Positions 1 to 10,529 of a stretch of DNA of 64,000 nucleotides are shown in pieces. The DNA is from Takakia lepidozioides (taxonomy: Eukaryota; Plantae; Bryophyta). The position numbers and the translations under genes are program-made. Location of the stretch: the NCBI GenBank assembly GCA_030704615.1, contig CM060732.1:55800001-55864000 (forward strand), given 5' to 3'. Position 1 is the stretch's first letter. Each line of letters opens with the position of its first letter. The notes below the pieces were generated by a model. The model was not told the origin of the DNA. It saw nothing but the letters and a program-made list of their open reading frames with translations, and made no database searches.

Positions 1-640
1 AAATCATCAAATTATTTTTCATAAATTGTTCAATAAGAGAGATGGTACCTGAAAAGGTGCTACCTGGAGGCACAAGGAGTGTCACTAGGGGAAGGCACAA
101 TAGGGACTTAGCGATTTTTGACACCGATGCGTAGTCTCTTCTTTAGAATAAAGAGGAGCCAATAGATTTTTGACAATTTATTTATCCTCCTAAAAAGGTC
201 AATCTTGTGAAGATTCCACCTTCCTGCCTGTTCGACATACAGATGGATGAAGATGGATACTTCCTTGGAGTAATGAAGATGAGCTGGATCTGCTTAGACA
301 TTATATAATTAGTTGTCATTCCAGCATGGCCTAGATTAAGATGAGGTTAGGATGGCCCAAACATGAGTTGGCATCTTTCAGTGGTTGTGGATCAAGATCT
401 GGCTATCCAATAGGACGAGGCCACATGACCTTGTGGATAGAATCTTACGTTTTGTGTCTCATAAACCTGGAGGCAGAAGCTGACCGGGCAGTGTGTTATT
501 TTGGTGTTCAACAGTATACGGTGGCTTTGGATGAACTGTTTGTATCATTGGATCTTTCCAACCCTACCAAAATTGCGGCCTCTATCTAACCCCAAGTGCA
601 ACCTCCAGCACATGAGGTCCTTGTCCTAAGTGATTTCGTA
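1..640 (-). mobile_element. Highly degenerate fragment, possibly the 3' (zf-RVT-like) region of an L1-type LINE
   Basis: Minus-strand translation with stops gives WNLHK..RINKLSKIYWLLFILKKRLRIG...HLFR, reminiscent of the W..K...WLL...L.IG...HLF pattern at L1 ORF2 C-termini. Weak. Confidence 0.25.
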
Positions 641-714
641 ATTTAGTTGAATTTTCAGTGACCAAAATTGTTTGTAATTCCATAAGTCTCGGCCTGTAGG
701 TCCAAATTTTGTGA

Positions 715-1337
715 AACCAAGTCGCTGCACCCCTAATCATCGAGGGCTTTCCAACGGTACTAAAATCATGGCCCAAGGCCCTGTGGTTGGGGAGATCTCA
801 ACGACACTATAAACAATATTGTGAACATCAATATTTTATAAAAGCCCAATTTACATTTACATCCACATCCACAAAAGACAAATGAAGGGCCAAAAAGGGT
901 TGGCCCAATCGTCCACTATCTATCTAAGTCCAGTCTTATGTATCCACAGACCCTGCAATTTGGGAGATCGGTTTGGGAGATCTCCACGTCATTGTTCCAG
1001 CAAAGCACTCTTTGTTATTTTTGCATTATCCCCTCTTGAGGCTTAATATATTGATATATCCTTTGCTATTTTTCGTGAATTTCCATCGACCAAAAGTACT
1101 CCAAATTCCAAATCTCCCATGTGAAGGGCCAATCACTGCCCAAGGAAAGCCCACTTTGCTATTTTTCCCGAATTTCTAGCAACCAAAAGTACTCCAAACT
1201 CCATATCTCCCACACCGTAGGTCCAAAAATTATGAGACCAAGCTGATGCACCCCTCCCCATGGGGGGCTTTCCAACGGCACCAAGCACCAGGGTTGGGCC
1301 CCCGTGGTTGGGGAGATCTCAACGACGCTACAAAACG
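715..1337. repeat. Two diverged direct copies of a ~100-bp dispersed-repeat motif (~715-815 and ~1240-1337)
   Basis: Both contain gggctttccaacgg.ac.aa and cc.gtggttggggagatctcaacgac.cta.aaac. Confidence 0.7.
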
Positions 1338-1397
1338 AAACGTCTCGCTTCATATATTGATCATAAAAAATCTATGGTGAATATGAATAAAAACTTC

Positions 1398-1960
1398 AGA
1401 GAGAGAGAGAGAAGACTCCGGCCAAGGCCGGCATAATTAAGAGCCACTTCGCCTTGCGGCTACTGCCCCCTTTCGGGGGTTGGGCCTATAACAAAAAGTG
1501 TCCAGGGAGACACTAGGTGACCGCTAAGAATAGAGGGGGCGAGGGTACCCAGGGGACCTAAGGTGCGTTTGAAGTGCCGGATTGCGTTTGTTGGTGATAA
1601 TAGTTGTGAGTGAACGGAGTACTGTGAGATGGATTTCCTTGAAACATTTGTGGATGGGAAGAATGGGAATTTGGAAGTTATCGTGTATGTCCGTGATACT
1701 GGCGTTATGAATGCCACCTCGAGTTCTGGCTGTGATGACAGTTAACGGGCCGGTTTTCCAGCCACACCTTCGGAGTGCAAGGATAAGCGGGGCATATTTT
1801 TGCTGTTTTTCTAAGATTGAATCATTTGGATAACGATCATGACAAAATGTGAATTCAATGAAATGAATGGTGAGTTGTGGGGATGGTGAGGTGGGGGGTA
1901 AAGTGTTGATAGGTAGACCTTGGACGAGGAGTATGTCCGAGCAAAGTCGAGCTCTGGAAA
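1398..1960 (-). mobile_element. 3' end of a Dualen/RandI-type non-LTR retrotransposon: restriction-like endonuclease domain, structured 3' UTR and (TC)n tail
   Basis: An open minus-strand frame (1524-~1955, missed by the ORF track) reads RLCSDILLVQG...IHFIEFTFCHDRYP...EKQQKYAPLILALRRCGW...VITARTRGGIH, the (RP)D..E..K-KY pattern of retroelement RLE domains. It is followed by GNRA hairpins and a TC microsatellite at 1398-1412. Confidence 0.8.
1415..1486 (-). other. Predicted structured 3' UTR of the LINE
   Basis: Minus strand: CCCCC-GAAA-GGGGG (1466-1479), C-AGUA-GCC-GCAA-GGC-GAA-G (1447-1465) and CCGGCC-UU-GGCCGG (1418-1431), immediately before the (UC)n tail. Confidence 0.6.
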
Positions 1961-2384
1961 CACCGTGCTATCCAAGCTCCCGACGGCCTGTCTTCATCAT
2001 TACATCAGCTCCCTCATCTTGTGTTTTTCAACATGGCCTCGTGGCATCCCACTGTGCAATTTCCTCCAACAACTTCAGGTATGTGTTGGTCAATAGGCCA
2101 GTAGCAAATCGAACAGGCTCACTATCCTAGCAAACCAGGTACTGCCCCCCCCTTATTTTTGATACATACATGAAGCAAAATTGCTATGTGGCAGGGGTGA
2201 TATGCTCACTTCATAAATGGCAGCTTAGTGGTATAGCCCACCTAATAGGCATACTTGCTCAACTGCTAGCTTCCTCTCCATCCCCAACACTCAAACACCA
2301 TATTCTGATATATTTTACACCCACAAAGCTGTACCTGATGATATCATCAAACCCGTAGTTGTTCCAAATGTCATTCTGCGCACT

Positions 2385-2582
2385 GCCCAGGCAGATCTGG
2401 AAAAGGGCATAGAGATCCATGGAGACATCTTCAGAGCTGGAATTGTACCAACTGTCATTCTGAACAATATCCTGGTGGACATGTATGCAAAATGTGGGTG
2501 CATCGAGGATGCAAAGGGAGTGTTTGACGCTATGGCTGAACGAGATACGGTGTCGTGGAATGCGATGCTTGAAGATTATGCT
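2385..2582 (+). pseudogene. PLS-class pentatricopeptide repeat (PPR) gene fragment
   Basis: DLEKGIEIHGDIFRAGIVPTVILNNILVDMYAKCGCIEDAKGVFDAMAERDTVSWNAML is a classic PLS PPR stretch. Only about two motifs are present, with no gene context. Confidence 0.8.
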
Positions 2583-3601
2583 GCAGTTGTACCAAATGCC
2601 ACCCTAACACAACCGCTGGTAGGCAAACAATGGCGTAAGCAAAATCGAAACTTACCAGGGGAGTGTATGGGCAGTGTAAATGTATATCGAGTTGCCCACA
2701 CCAACACCATGAGGCCTTCCTGCACTCGTGCACACCACCAATGTGCGACCTACTTAGAAAAAGCTCCTCTGATCATCAAATTGGAACTGCAGTGACTTTC
2801 CACACTCCCGTAATGCCGCCAACCCAGCCACAGGGAAGCTGGACTCCTCGGGACAAGACACCTGCAATCCGGACTGTTGAATGGCATATCACAATGCATG
2901 AGGTCCAGGACCGATCACTATTAATGAAATTATCAACAACCTATCCACGGATGCACAAGACAGATATGCCCTATACTTTCAGTCGAACACCATCTCACTC
3001 ATACGTAGCTACCGTCACATTCTAGACCACTTCACACCTTTCTTTCCAAACTGTCAAAACTCCGAATATACACCCATACACCACATTATAACTTTTGGGC
3101 TACCCTCCAACTGCTACCCAGCACTTACTAAAGTCCTCTGCAAACTCAAAACTTTTACCGCATCACAGCTCCTTTTCTCCCTTGTCGTCATCATCTCCCC
3201 TCTCCCAGAGACATGTAATGGATATCTTTCCTCACACTCAATCTCCCAAATCTGATCCCTCCTACGTCAATTAAAAGAGCTACCTCCATGTCCCCACCAA
3301 TATTTGCCCCCCCCCACTGCTTATCCAAGATCCAGAACTCCCTCAAACTTTTAGACTCTCAAACCGGGGTTGTACATAATATCCTAGGGGACCACCTAGC
3401 AACGGTCACCACACCCGACCAAGACCACCAGCTCATTAACAAATTCCCCTTCCTCTCCACGGATATCCTGGCTGCCACACTTAACGCAGTTACCCCGATA
3501 CCCGGCTATGATCCCCCAACTGTTAGATCCCATACCGAGGAACCCTCACCTGCCCCCCGCCCAGCCACACTCCCACCCCCCCCGCGGCTTGCTCCAAGGC
3601 A

Positions 3602-4380
3602 CTTACTATCACTTCATGGAACGTGGGCTCCCTGACTACCAGTATACAAAGTTTGCTCCACCTTTTCTCCAACACATCACAACCACATATTTCCCTCTTG
3701 CAAGAAACCAAGCTGCACACCAACAATACCAACAACTCTTATATAAATAAACTACTACCCGACTACCACCTCCTATATGGTAACCCCTTAACTGCCCAGC
3801 AATGTCTCTTGCGTCGCTCCGCACCATACAAACCCACTAGGGGCGGCGTGGCACTTGGTATCCTTCGTACACACCACTCTCCCAGCACTACTACCAAGAT
3901 AACCGTCCCTATCCCCATCCGATCCCACCTTCAAATAATCCAGCTGCACCCACCGGCACTGTGCCCCATCACTCTCATACACTTATATATGCCTTCTCAT
4001 ACAAACGACCTCCCCCTCATACCTGACATACTACACACTATCTCCCACACAGTTAATCATCCAGATTACCAACACCACCACGTCATCCTAGCTGGCGACT
4101 TTAACAGAGATATCGCATTGTTGGGTCACTCATATAACGGAACCCACAAACCCCCCTCCTCTGTAGATCACGATTGGGCTACATTCATCCAACTCCTAAA
4201 ACTTAAATATATCCCTGCCGACTATCACTATTCCAGACAGGGGGGTCTTCACTACTCCTCTTTAAGCCTACTTGATGGCTTCTACCTCAGAACATGTAAT
4301 GTAATCCCAACATACCTTCAAAGCCACGTTCATATCAATAGTCTATGCAACTCGGACCATTACCCGGTGTATACCATGCC
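3602..4380 (+). pseudogene. Apurinic/apyrimidinic endonuclease (APE/EEP) domain of the LINE
   Basis: Motifs ITSWNV, LLQETK, GGVALG, HLYMP, ILAGDFN, SLLDGF, SDHYPV in canonical order. Confidence 0.92.
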
Positions 4381-4826
4381 GTCCCATTCCCGATGTACAT
4401 ACATCGCCCCCTCAACCCAGAATTCTCTCACCCATTCCCCAATGCAACATCAAGGCGTTTGAGAGCCATTTTCACTCAGCCTCCTCTACCTTCATACACA
4501 AAATCTCCCATACACTCTCCGACACTAATATACTTTTATCCCCTGAGGCCGCTTGGGCCGAAGCTGAAATCACACTTACCTCTACGGTACTAGAAATGAC
4601 TAAAAGTGTCCTAGCCACATGCTTAGCCCCCCAGATCTTCCCCAAACCACTCGCTCAAAGCAAAATGGGGGCTACCTTACCAGGACGCAGAAACGGGAAT
4701 GGACCTCCCACCTTAACATCTACCATACCATACGACGAGCTCTCGCCGTTATACCCCCCTCTTCGTCCCCGTCATATAACAACTGGAGAACTGACCAAAC
4801 CTGTTTAAATACCTTAACTGTATGTT

Positions 4827-6260
4827 ATGCCCCCACCTAAGGACTCAACGTCTCTTCCCCAATGGACTGCATCCGTCTCCAAGATCGGTCGGGATGCAAA
4901 AAAAACTGCCTATATTATCACAAAACAAAAAGCCATTGTCAATCACAAAAAATTCATTGCCTCCTTTGGCAAACATGAACACCCTAAAAGAGCCCACAAA
5001 GCCATCTTCAATCCTGCGATTAACCCCCCCATTGATTGTCTTAAACATAGACAAGGCCACATATTAACCAAACCCGATGACATTAAGAACGAAATCTGGT
5101 TACAAGCATCGCCCTCCTACACATCAACTGTCACCAACTGTCTACACCCAAGCCAACACGCGCCCACTTGCCTATGCAAAGTCAAACATTATCCTTGGCA
5201 TGATCTAGATGGCTTCTCCCTGGAAAAGCGAGGCCCTCCAACTGACCGTATCTTGAATCTCTTCACAAAAGACTTATATGACTCATGCCTTAAAACCCTA
5301 TCCAAAGCTAAGGCCCCTGGCCCGGACCTCATCCCTAACGGCATACTCCAAGCACTTGACACTCAATTCTATGACCTTCTCTTTAAATTTTTCCGGCTTA
5401 GCTACCAATTACATCGTATTCCACACTCCTGGAAGCACAGCCGGACCATTCTGTTATTCAAAAAAGGTGACCCCACGGACCTCAGTAACTACAGGCCCAT
5501 CGCCCTCGCATACACTATATACAAATTATTCACTAGCACTTTAACTACAATGTTATCCGCCTATGGTGAACAACACCGTATTCTAAGTGACCCACAAGAA
5601 GGTTTCCGTGCAACGCGAAGCACCACCAGGCAAATACAATATGTCACATCTGCCCTGGAAGACGCCAAACTTACTAAACAAGATATATATCTCCTCTATA
5701 TTGACTTCAAAAATGCCTTTGGTTCTCTCGACCATCCTCGCTTGCAAGCCATTATGAGAGATCTAGGATACCCTACAGACGCTATTCAAACCATTGGTAA
5801 TATCTATACCAATAGCACCACAGAATACTCCGGTTCCTACTACGGTTCTACCCCTCCTATTCCCATACTACGTGGCACCATCCAAGGTGACACACTGAGC
5901 CCCTACCTATTCATCATTTTTCTTGAACCTCTACTAAGATGGTTGGCTCGCAGTAACCTAGGATACCAATACAAAACCTCTTCTAACGAAATATCCGCAG
6001 CTGCGTATGCCGACGACCTTGCCATTCTTGCACACAAGCCCCAACATCTCAATCGTTAGGTTGACAAATTATCTCGCTTCAACCAGTGGTCTGGTATGGA
6101 GCTAAGCCTGCACAAATGTGCGGTCACTGCAGCCACACACCACAGTAAGTTCACAGAATCCACGATAGCCTCCCATTGCAAACTTCACATACATTACCAA
6201 CAAAAACCCTTCCCATTCTTGGGCCCGGACGAACCTTACACGTATTTGGGCCCTCAAATG
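4827..6260 (+). pseudogene. Non-LTR reverse transcriptase domain
   Basis: KAPGPD, NYRPIAL, QEGFR, IDFKNAFGS, RGTIQGDTLSPYLF, AYADD (~6003-6017), then in-frame read-through of TAG 6057-6059 into GMELSLHKC and YTYLG. Confidence 0.95.
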
Positions 6261-7317
6261 GCATATACAGAAAGCCACAACACTCTCTAAATTAACCAAC
6301 AAAAGCCTGGCCCTTCTCAAATCCCCGGTCTCCATCCGCCCCAAACTAGCTATCATACAAACAGTCCTCAAACCACAAGTCCAATACGCCTTCCACGCGG
6401 CCCCATTCTCACTACTAGACATCAAACAACTTGACAAAAATATTATCAGACTCACCAAACGTATTTGTGGCCTACCCACTAGTACTCCGAACGCTCTCAC
6501 TCAGTTCCCACAAGACAGCTATGGAATAGGATCTAGCCCCTTAATTATCTCATATGCCCGCACCCTTGGCTCGCAACTTCAAGAAGCCCTCAACGACCCC
6601 GGCCGCCTAGGGCTCATTTTTAAAGGACTTCTTAAACACCTGGCTATTAAATATAATGGACTATATTCCCTCCCCACCCTCCACCCCCAGTCTTGCCTCC
6701 ACTCCCCCACCGCCCGCACACTGTTTATCCTACGACAAATGAAGATTAGCATACAAACTGACTTACTGGGATATCCCAACACTATATCACCACTTGAACG
6801 TGCTTGGCATCGTAGCCCTTTTTCCTCACAGTTTGAAGCCTCGCACCCGCGTAAAAAAAAACTCATTCTTGCTTACTTCAAAGCTCGGCGTATATCTACC
6901 CTCACCCAACTCACCACAACCACTGGTGCTCGACTCTTAACCCCAAGTCAATTTACCATGAAACACTCCTGTGCCACTATCAAGACACGTAGATATCTGT
7001 TACACCTCCGCTCCCTATTCTGTCACCCGACTGCCTCATGTACCCTTGACTGCGACCTCCCATGCTCACTCTTCCCACATAACCAGCAAGATCTCCTCCC
7101 AGAATTCAGAACAGCACCAGCTATCTCAATACTCCAACAACTCAGGGCCTCACACAACACACATGTAGATCCTCCTCCAGGCATCCCCCTCTCCCCTCCC
7201 CCTTCTCTCCTTCCCAATCCCGTAACTAATCATTGTCAATTTACTCCCCCTAACTCCCTAACTCCCACCTCCCTCCCACCTAACCCATACTTAATCAACC
7301 CTGACCATCCCGAGGCC

Positions 7318-7520
7318 TTCGTTATTGAGGCTATCCTAGGCATCAAAACACAAACCTCCCTTGACGCCTTTGGCGCCACGTGTGTCGATACATACTACCT
7401 ATATAAATGGGCAGGATTCCCAGTAGAAGACAACACTTGGCAAATAGAAGAAGACCTCTTCGGGAACCATGAAGACTGCGACCCTGCACACAACCGTACC
7501 CTCCTCACCAAATTCCATAA
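7318..7520 (+). other. Chromodomain within the LINE polyprotein
   Basis: FVIEAILG...YYLYKWAGFPVEDNTWQIEEDL followed by a helix. The aromatic-cage positions F, W, F are retained. Confidence 0.8.
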
Positions 7521-7932
7521 ATCAACTAACACCCAATACTTGGCACACACCCACAAACACCATATCTCCCAAACCCAACCGATGGACGCCCGATACATTC
7601 GCAACCCAATAGTCGCCCCAAATATTCATGTAACAATCACTGAATGTAACCCAGACAAAGATACTAACCAAGTCTTCCCCATCATATGCCCCAGCCGTAC
7701 AGTATCCAATATTTATACAGTCAATGGTCGTTTTGTCGGGTCTATCTCTCATGTAAGGACTGCCTAGCTCTGGGACAGATATACTGCCTCCCTCACTCAC
7801 ACTAGCCAGCTACAACCCCCAAGGCAAGACTTCGCCACTGAAGTCTGTTGGCTTGTTGACAGATATCTAAGCGACACCCCTCCCAAAAAACACCACACCC
7901 TCGACAAACTAGCTCAAGCCTATATACATAGC

Positions 7933-8378
7933 ACCATCCCCTCAAACATCCTCAAGTTTCTCATTACCTCATTTCAGATTACCCACTCATATTACTCAAG
8001 TCCACACGTGTCCCATTGAGCTCGATTCCTATGACAGCCTGCACCCTCGCCACTGTGTATTTGGAGCCCTAGGCTCCGCAACCCAACATACCTGGTCGGG
8101 CAGCGGCCTTGCCCACCCACCACCCGGGCCCCTCACACATGAGGCTCTTCAATGGGCGCGCCTTGCCGCCCACTCCTCCCCCTCCTCCACCACTATCCTC
8201 ATTCTCACACAGCAAAGGTCACCTGACCAACAACACCCCTTCTACAACTCCCCAGGGGGGTAACACCATTAGCTGCCATTGAACCCAACCAACTTCGCTA
8301 TACACGCAACCTACCTTTTTCCCAAATACCTCCGCCACAAGGAATCCACTCTAACCCTACTTCTACTTGTCCACAATA
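7933..8378 (+). pseudogene. PCIF1/CAPAM-like N6-adenine methyltransferase-fold domain (frameshifted) within the LINE polyprotein
   Basis: Reconstructed across frameshifts at ~8005, ~8260 and ~8315: IPSNILKFLITSFQITHSYYSSP(L)TCPIELDSYDSLHPRHCVFGALGSATQHTWSGSGLAHPPP...ALQWARLAA...TTILIL...AAIEPNQLRY...TLLLLVHN. This is colinear with my recalled PCIF1 motifs FASPLNC, FGS.G, GSFEANPPF, SFIVFIP and TAVLFLQN. Confidence 0.6.
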
Positions 8379-8635
8379 CCCCCCATACCCCCATACCGCC
8401 AGACTTTTCCACTCGCCTCAAACATCTTCTATCCGATACCCATGGCATGGTACTCACCACTTACTCACCCCCGCCAGCACACAGCCCTCTCGCCAGACCA
8501 CCCCCTAGGCCAAAAACTAACAAAGCATGGGACAAGACACCACCCCGCCCCATTACCCTCCATAACGTAACCTCCCACGATGCCCCTCCGGTTTACCTGG
8601 GGCCTACCTCCCCCAAATATCCCCCATTCCACTCA

Positions 8636-9020
8636 CACTACACAGATGGCTCCCAATCTGGCTCCCATGCCGGATATGGCGTCTACCATGCCGCCACTAA
8701 CCATGGGACCGCCCATCGACTTCCAGGCCCCGCAACCATACTCCGTGCCGAACTTATGGCTATTTCTGAAGCTATATCACAATTAGCCTCGTTCCCGCCA
8801 CCATACTATATCTTCACGGATAGCCTCAACTCACTCTTTATACTTCGTAATCACATTGCCTGCGCTTCCTCCCACCACCACCACCCCGATCAAAACCTTA
8901 TCTCTGCTATTATCAACCTCGCCATCTCCATCGATAAACCCATTCATTTTCTCAAAGTTCGTTCACATACTGGTATTAATGGCACCGAGGAGGCAGACCT
9001 CCTTGCCCAGCTGGGGGCCT
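8636..9020 (+). pseudogene. RNase H domain of the LINE
   Basis: YTDGS, RAELMAI, IFTDSLNS, KVRSHTGINGTEEADLLA. All four acidic catalytic residues are present. Confidence 0.93.
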
Positions 9021-9438
9021 CCAAACCCCCAGTAGAACCGTCGACTGACCCCATCCACATTGCTCATGCCCACCCTTTTTGGCTAATTCACCCGGTACCT
9101 GACCCCCTAGAACCCTGTCCAATTCGTAACCTCCTTACCACCCTGACTAAAGAAGCCAACAAACAAGCCTTAGCCTCTCTTAGCCACACCAAACTACATA
9201 TCCAAAAATGGACCCTCTCCACAGAAGCTCTTTCATTAACAGTTATAACCAATCACCATCATGAAGCTACAGACCCGATGCGAAATCCCAATCGGAACCT
9301 GCATCTTCTTCCCTCTTTTTGACCTTATTTCGCTGTCAATCCCTTCATTCTGTCTGGAAGGTTCCAGAGGGAACTTCACATTTCCCCTCATGATCTTGAT
9401 TTTGGGAATTCTTTTTTAATGCAATGCTGTTAGGATAT

Positions 9439-10529
9439 ACCAATGGGGGTTGCAAATAGGCGAAACCACGATTTGCGACGCCCGAACGTCGATAAAAATA
9501 TTTATTATAAATAAATAATTTAAAAAAAAAACAAAAAAAAAACCTTATTCTGCAATGCAGAATTAGCACCGTCCGGGGGTCGCAAAGTGCGACGTCCGGA
9601 CGTCACAATTTAAGGGGGTACATTTGAATTTAGGCGGGAAAATTTGAAATTTGAATTTCAAAAACTTGTTGACCATTGACTCCGCCGTTGACCATTGACT
9701 CCGGTTATCTCTAATGGCGATATGTTCATTGTTCTACGTACATCATGCGATGCAATGCATACTTGAACCTAAGACCTCCACGTTATAACAATTCTAAGAC
9801 ACTACAAACTAACCAACACACCTATGCTACATCTATGTATCACAAAAACAATCTAAATATATATATACACATATAAAAGATTTCCTTCAAGAGCCTTCAA
9901 GTTCCTTCTAAGGGGGTCTCTCTTATGACGCCGGGGAGTTGCAACCTCCACAACCTTAGTGCCCAGCCCTAGCCCCAATCCCAGCCCCAGCATTGTCGCC
10001 ATTGTTGCACCCCCCCACCGCCATAAGCGACGTCATTGTGATGACCTAAGCTGACCACAACACCATTACGACCCCATGTGGCGACGCCATTGCGACCCCC
10101 TGGCGTCGCAACGTTGGGCATCCCAGCGCGGGGCGTCCCCAGCGACGCTTTTGTGAAGTTGAGGGTCGCAAAGTAAAATAAATAAATAAATAAATAAATA
10201 AAATTCAACTATGGTAATGCTGTTGCGACGCCCTGGCGTCATAGAGGCACTGGGGCGCCCTTAGTGACGCTTTTGCGACGCCAAGGCGTCGCAACGTCCT
10301 GAAAAAAAAAAAAATAAATAAATAAAAATCTGACGTAAGGACGTCGCAAGAAAAATAAACCGTCAAAGCGAGGGTCCTCTTCCCCCTTCATGTCACTTTA
10401 CGACGGCTGGGCGTCGTAATGGTGTCGTAGCGGGGGATTGCGACGCCGGGACATCGCAAACAAACGCCGCGGGTTCAGCACCGCGCGGGGCATGGCTGGC
10501 GTCGCAACCCCCCCCCATTTGCTGTAGTG
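9439..10529 (-). mobile_element. Truncated copy of the non-autonomous CACTA element (left arm)
   Basis: Ends in ...gctgtagtg (10529) with many gcgacg/cgtcgc subterminal motifs. It lacks the ~195 bp at the other terminus that the right-arm copy has. Confidence 0.85.

Larger units (their letters stand above)
2905..9225 (+). mobile_element. Degenerate long non-LTR retrotransposon (Dualen/RandI-like) polyprotein: APE - RT - chromodomain - PCIF1-like MTase fold - RNase H; 3'-truncated
   Basis: A chain of C/A-rich + strand ORFs broken by stops and frameshifts (3288, 3623, 4619, 4827, 6096, 6739, 8279) carries ordered domain motifs. Boundaries are approximate. Confidence 0.88.

Noticed and set aside
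1447-1479. rRNA fragment (resembles the SSU helix with AGUA..GCCGCAAGG)
   Set aside because: The similarity is limited to ~15 nt, and the flanks are retroelement ORF and tail.
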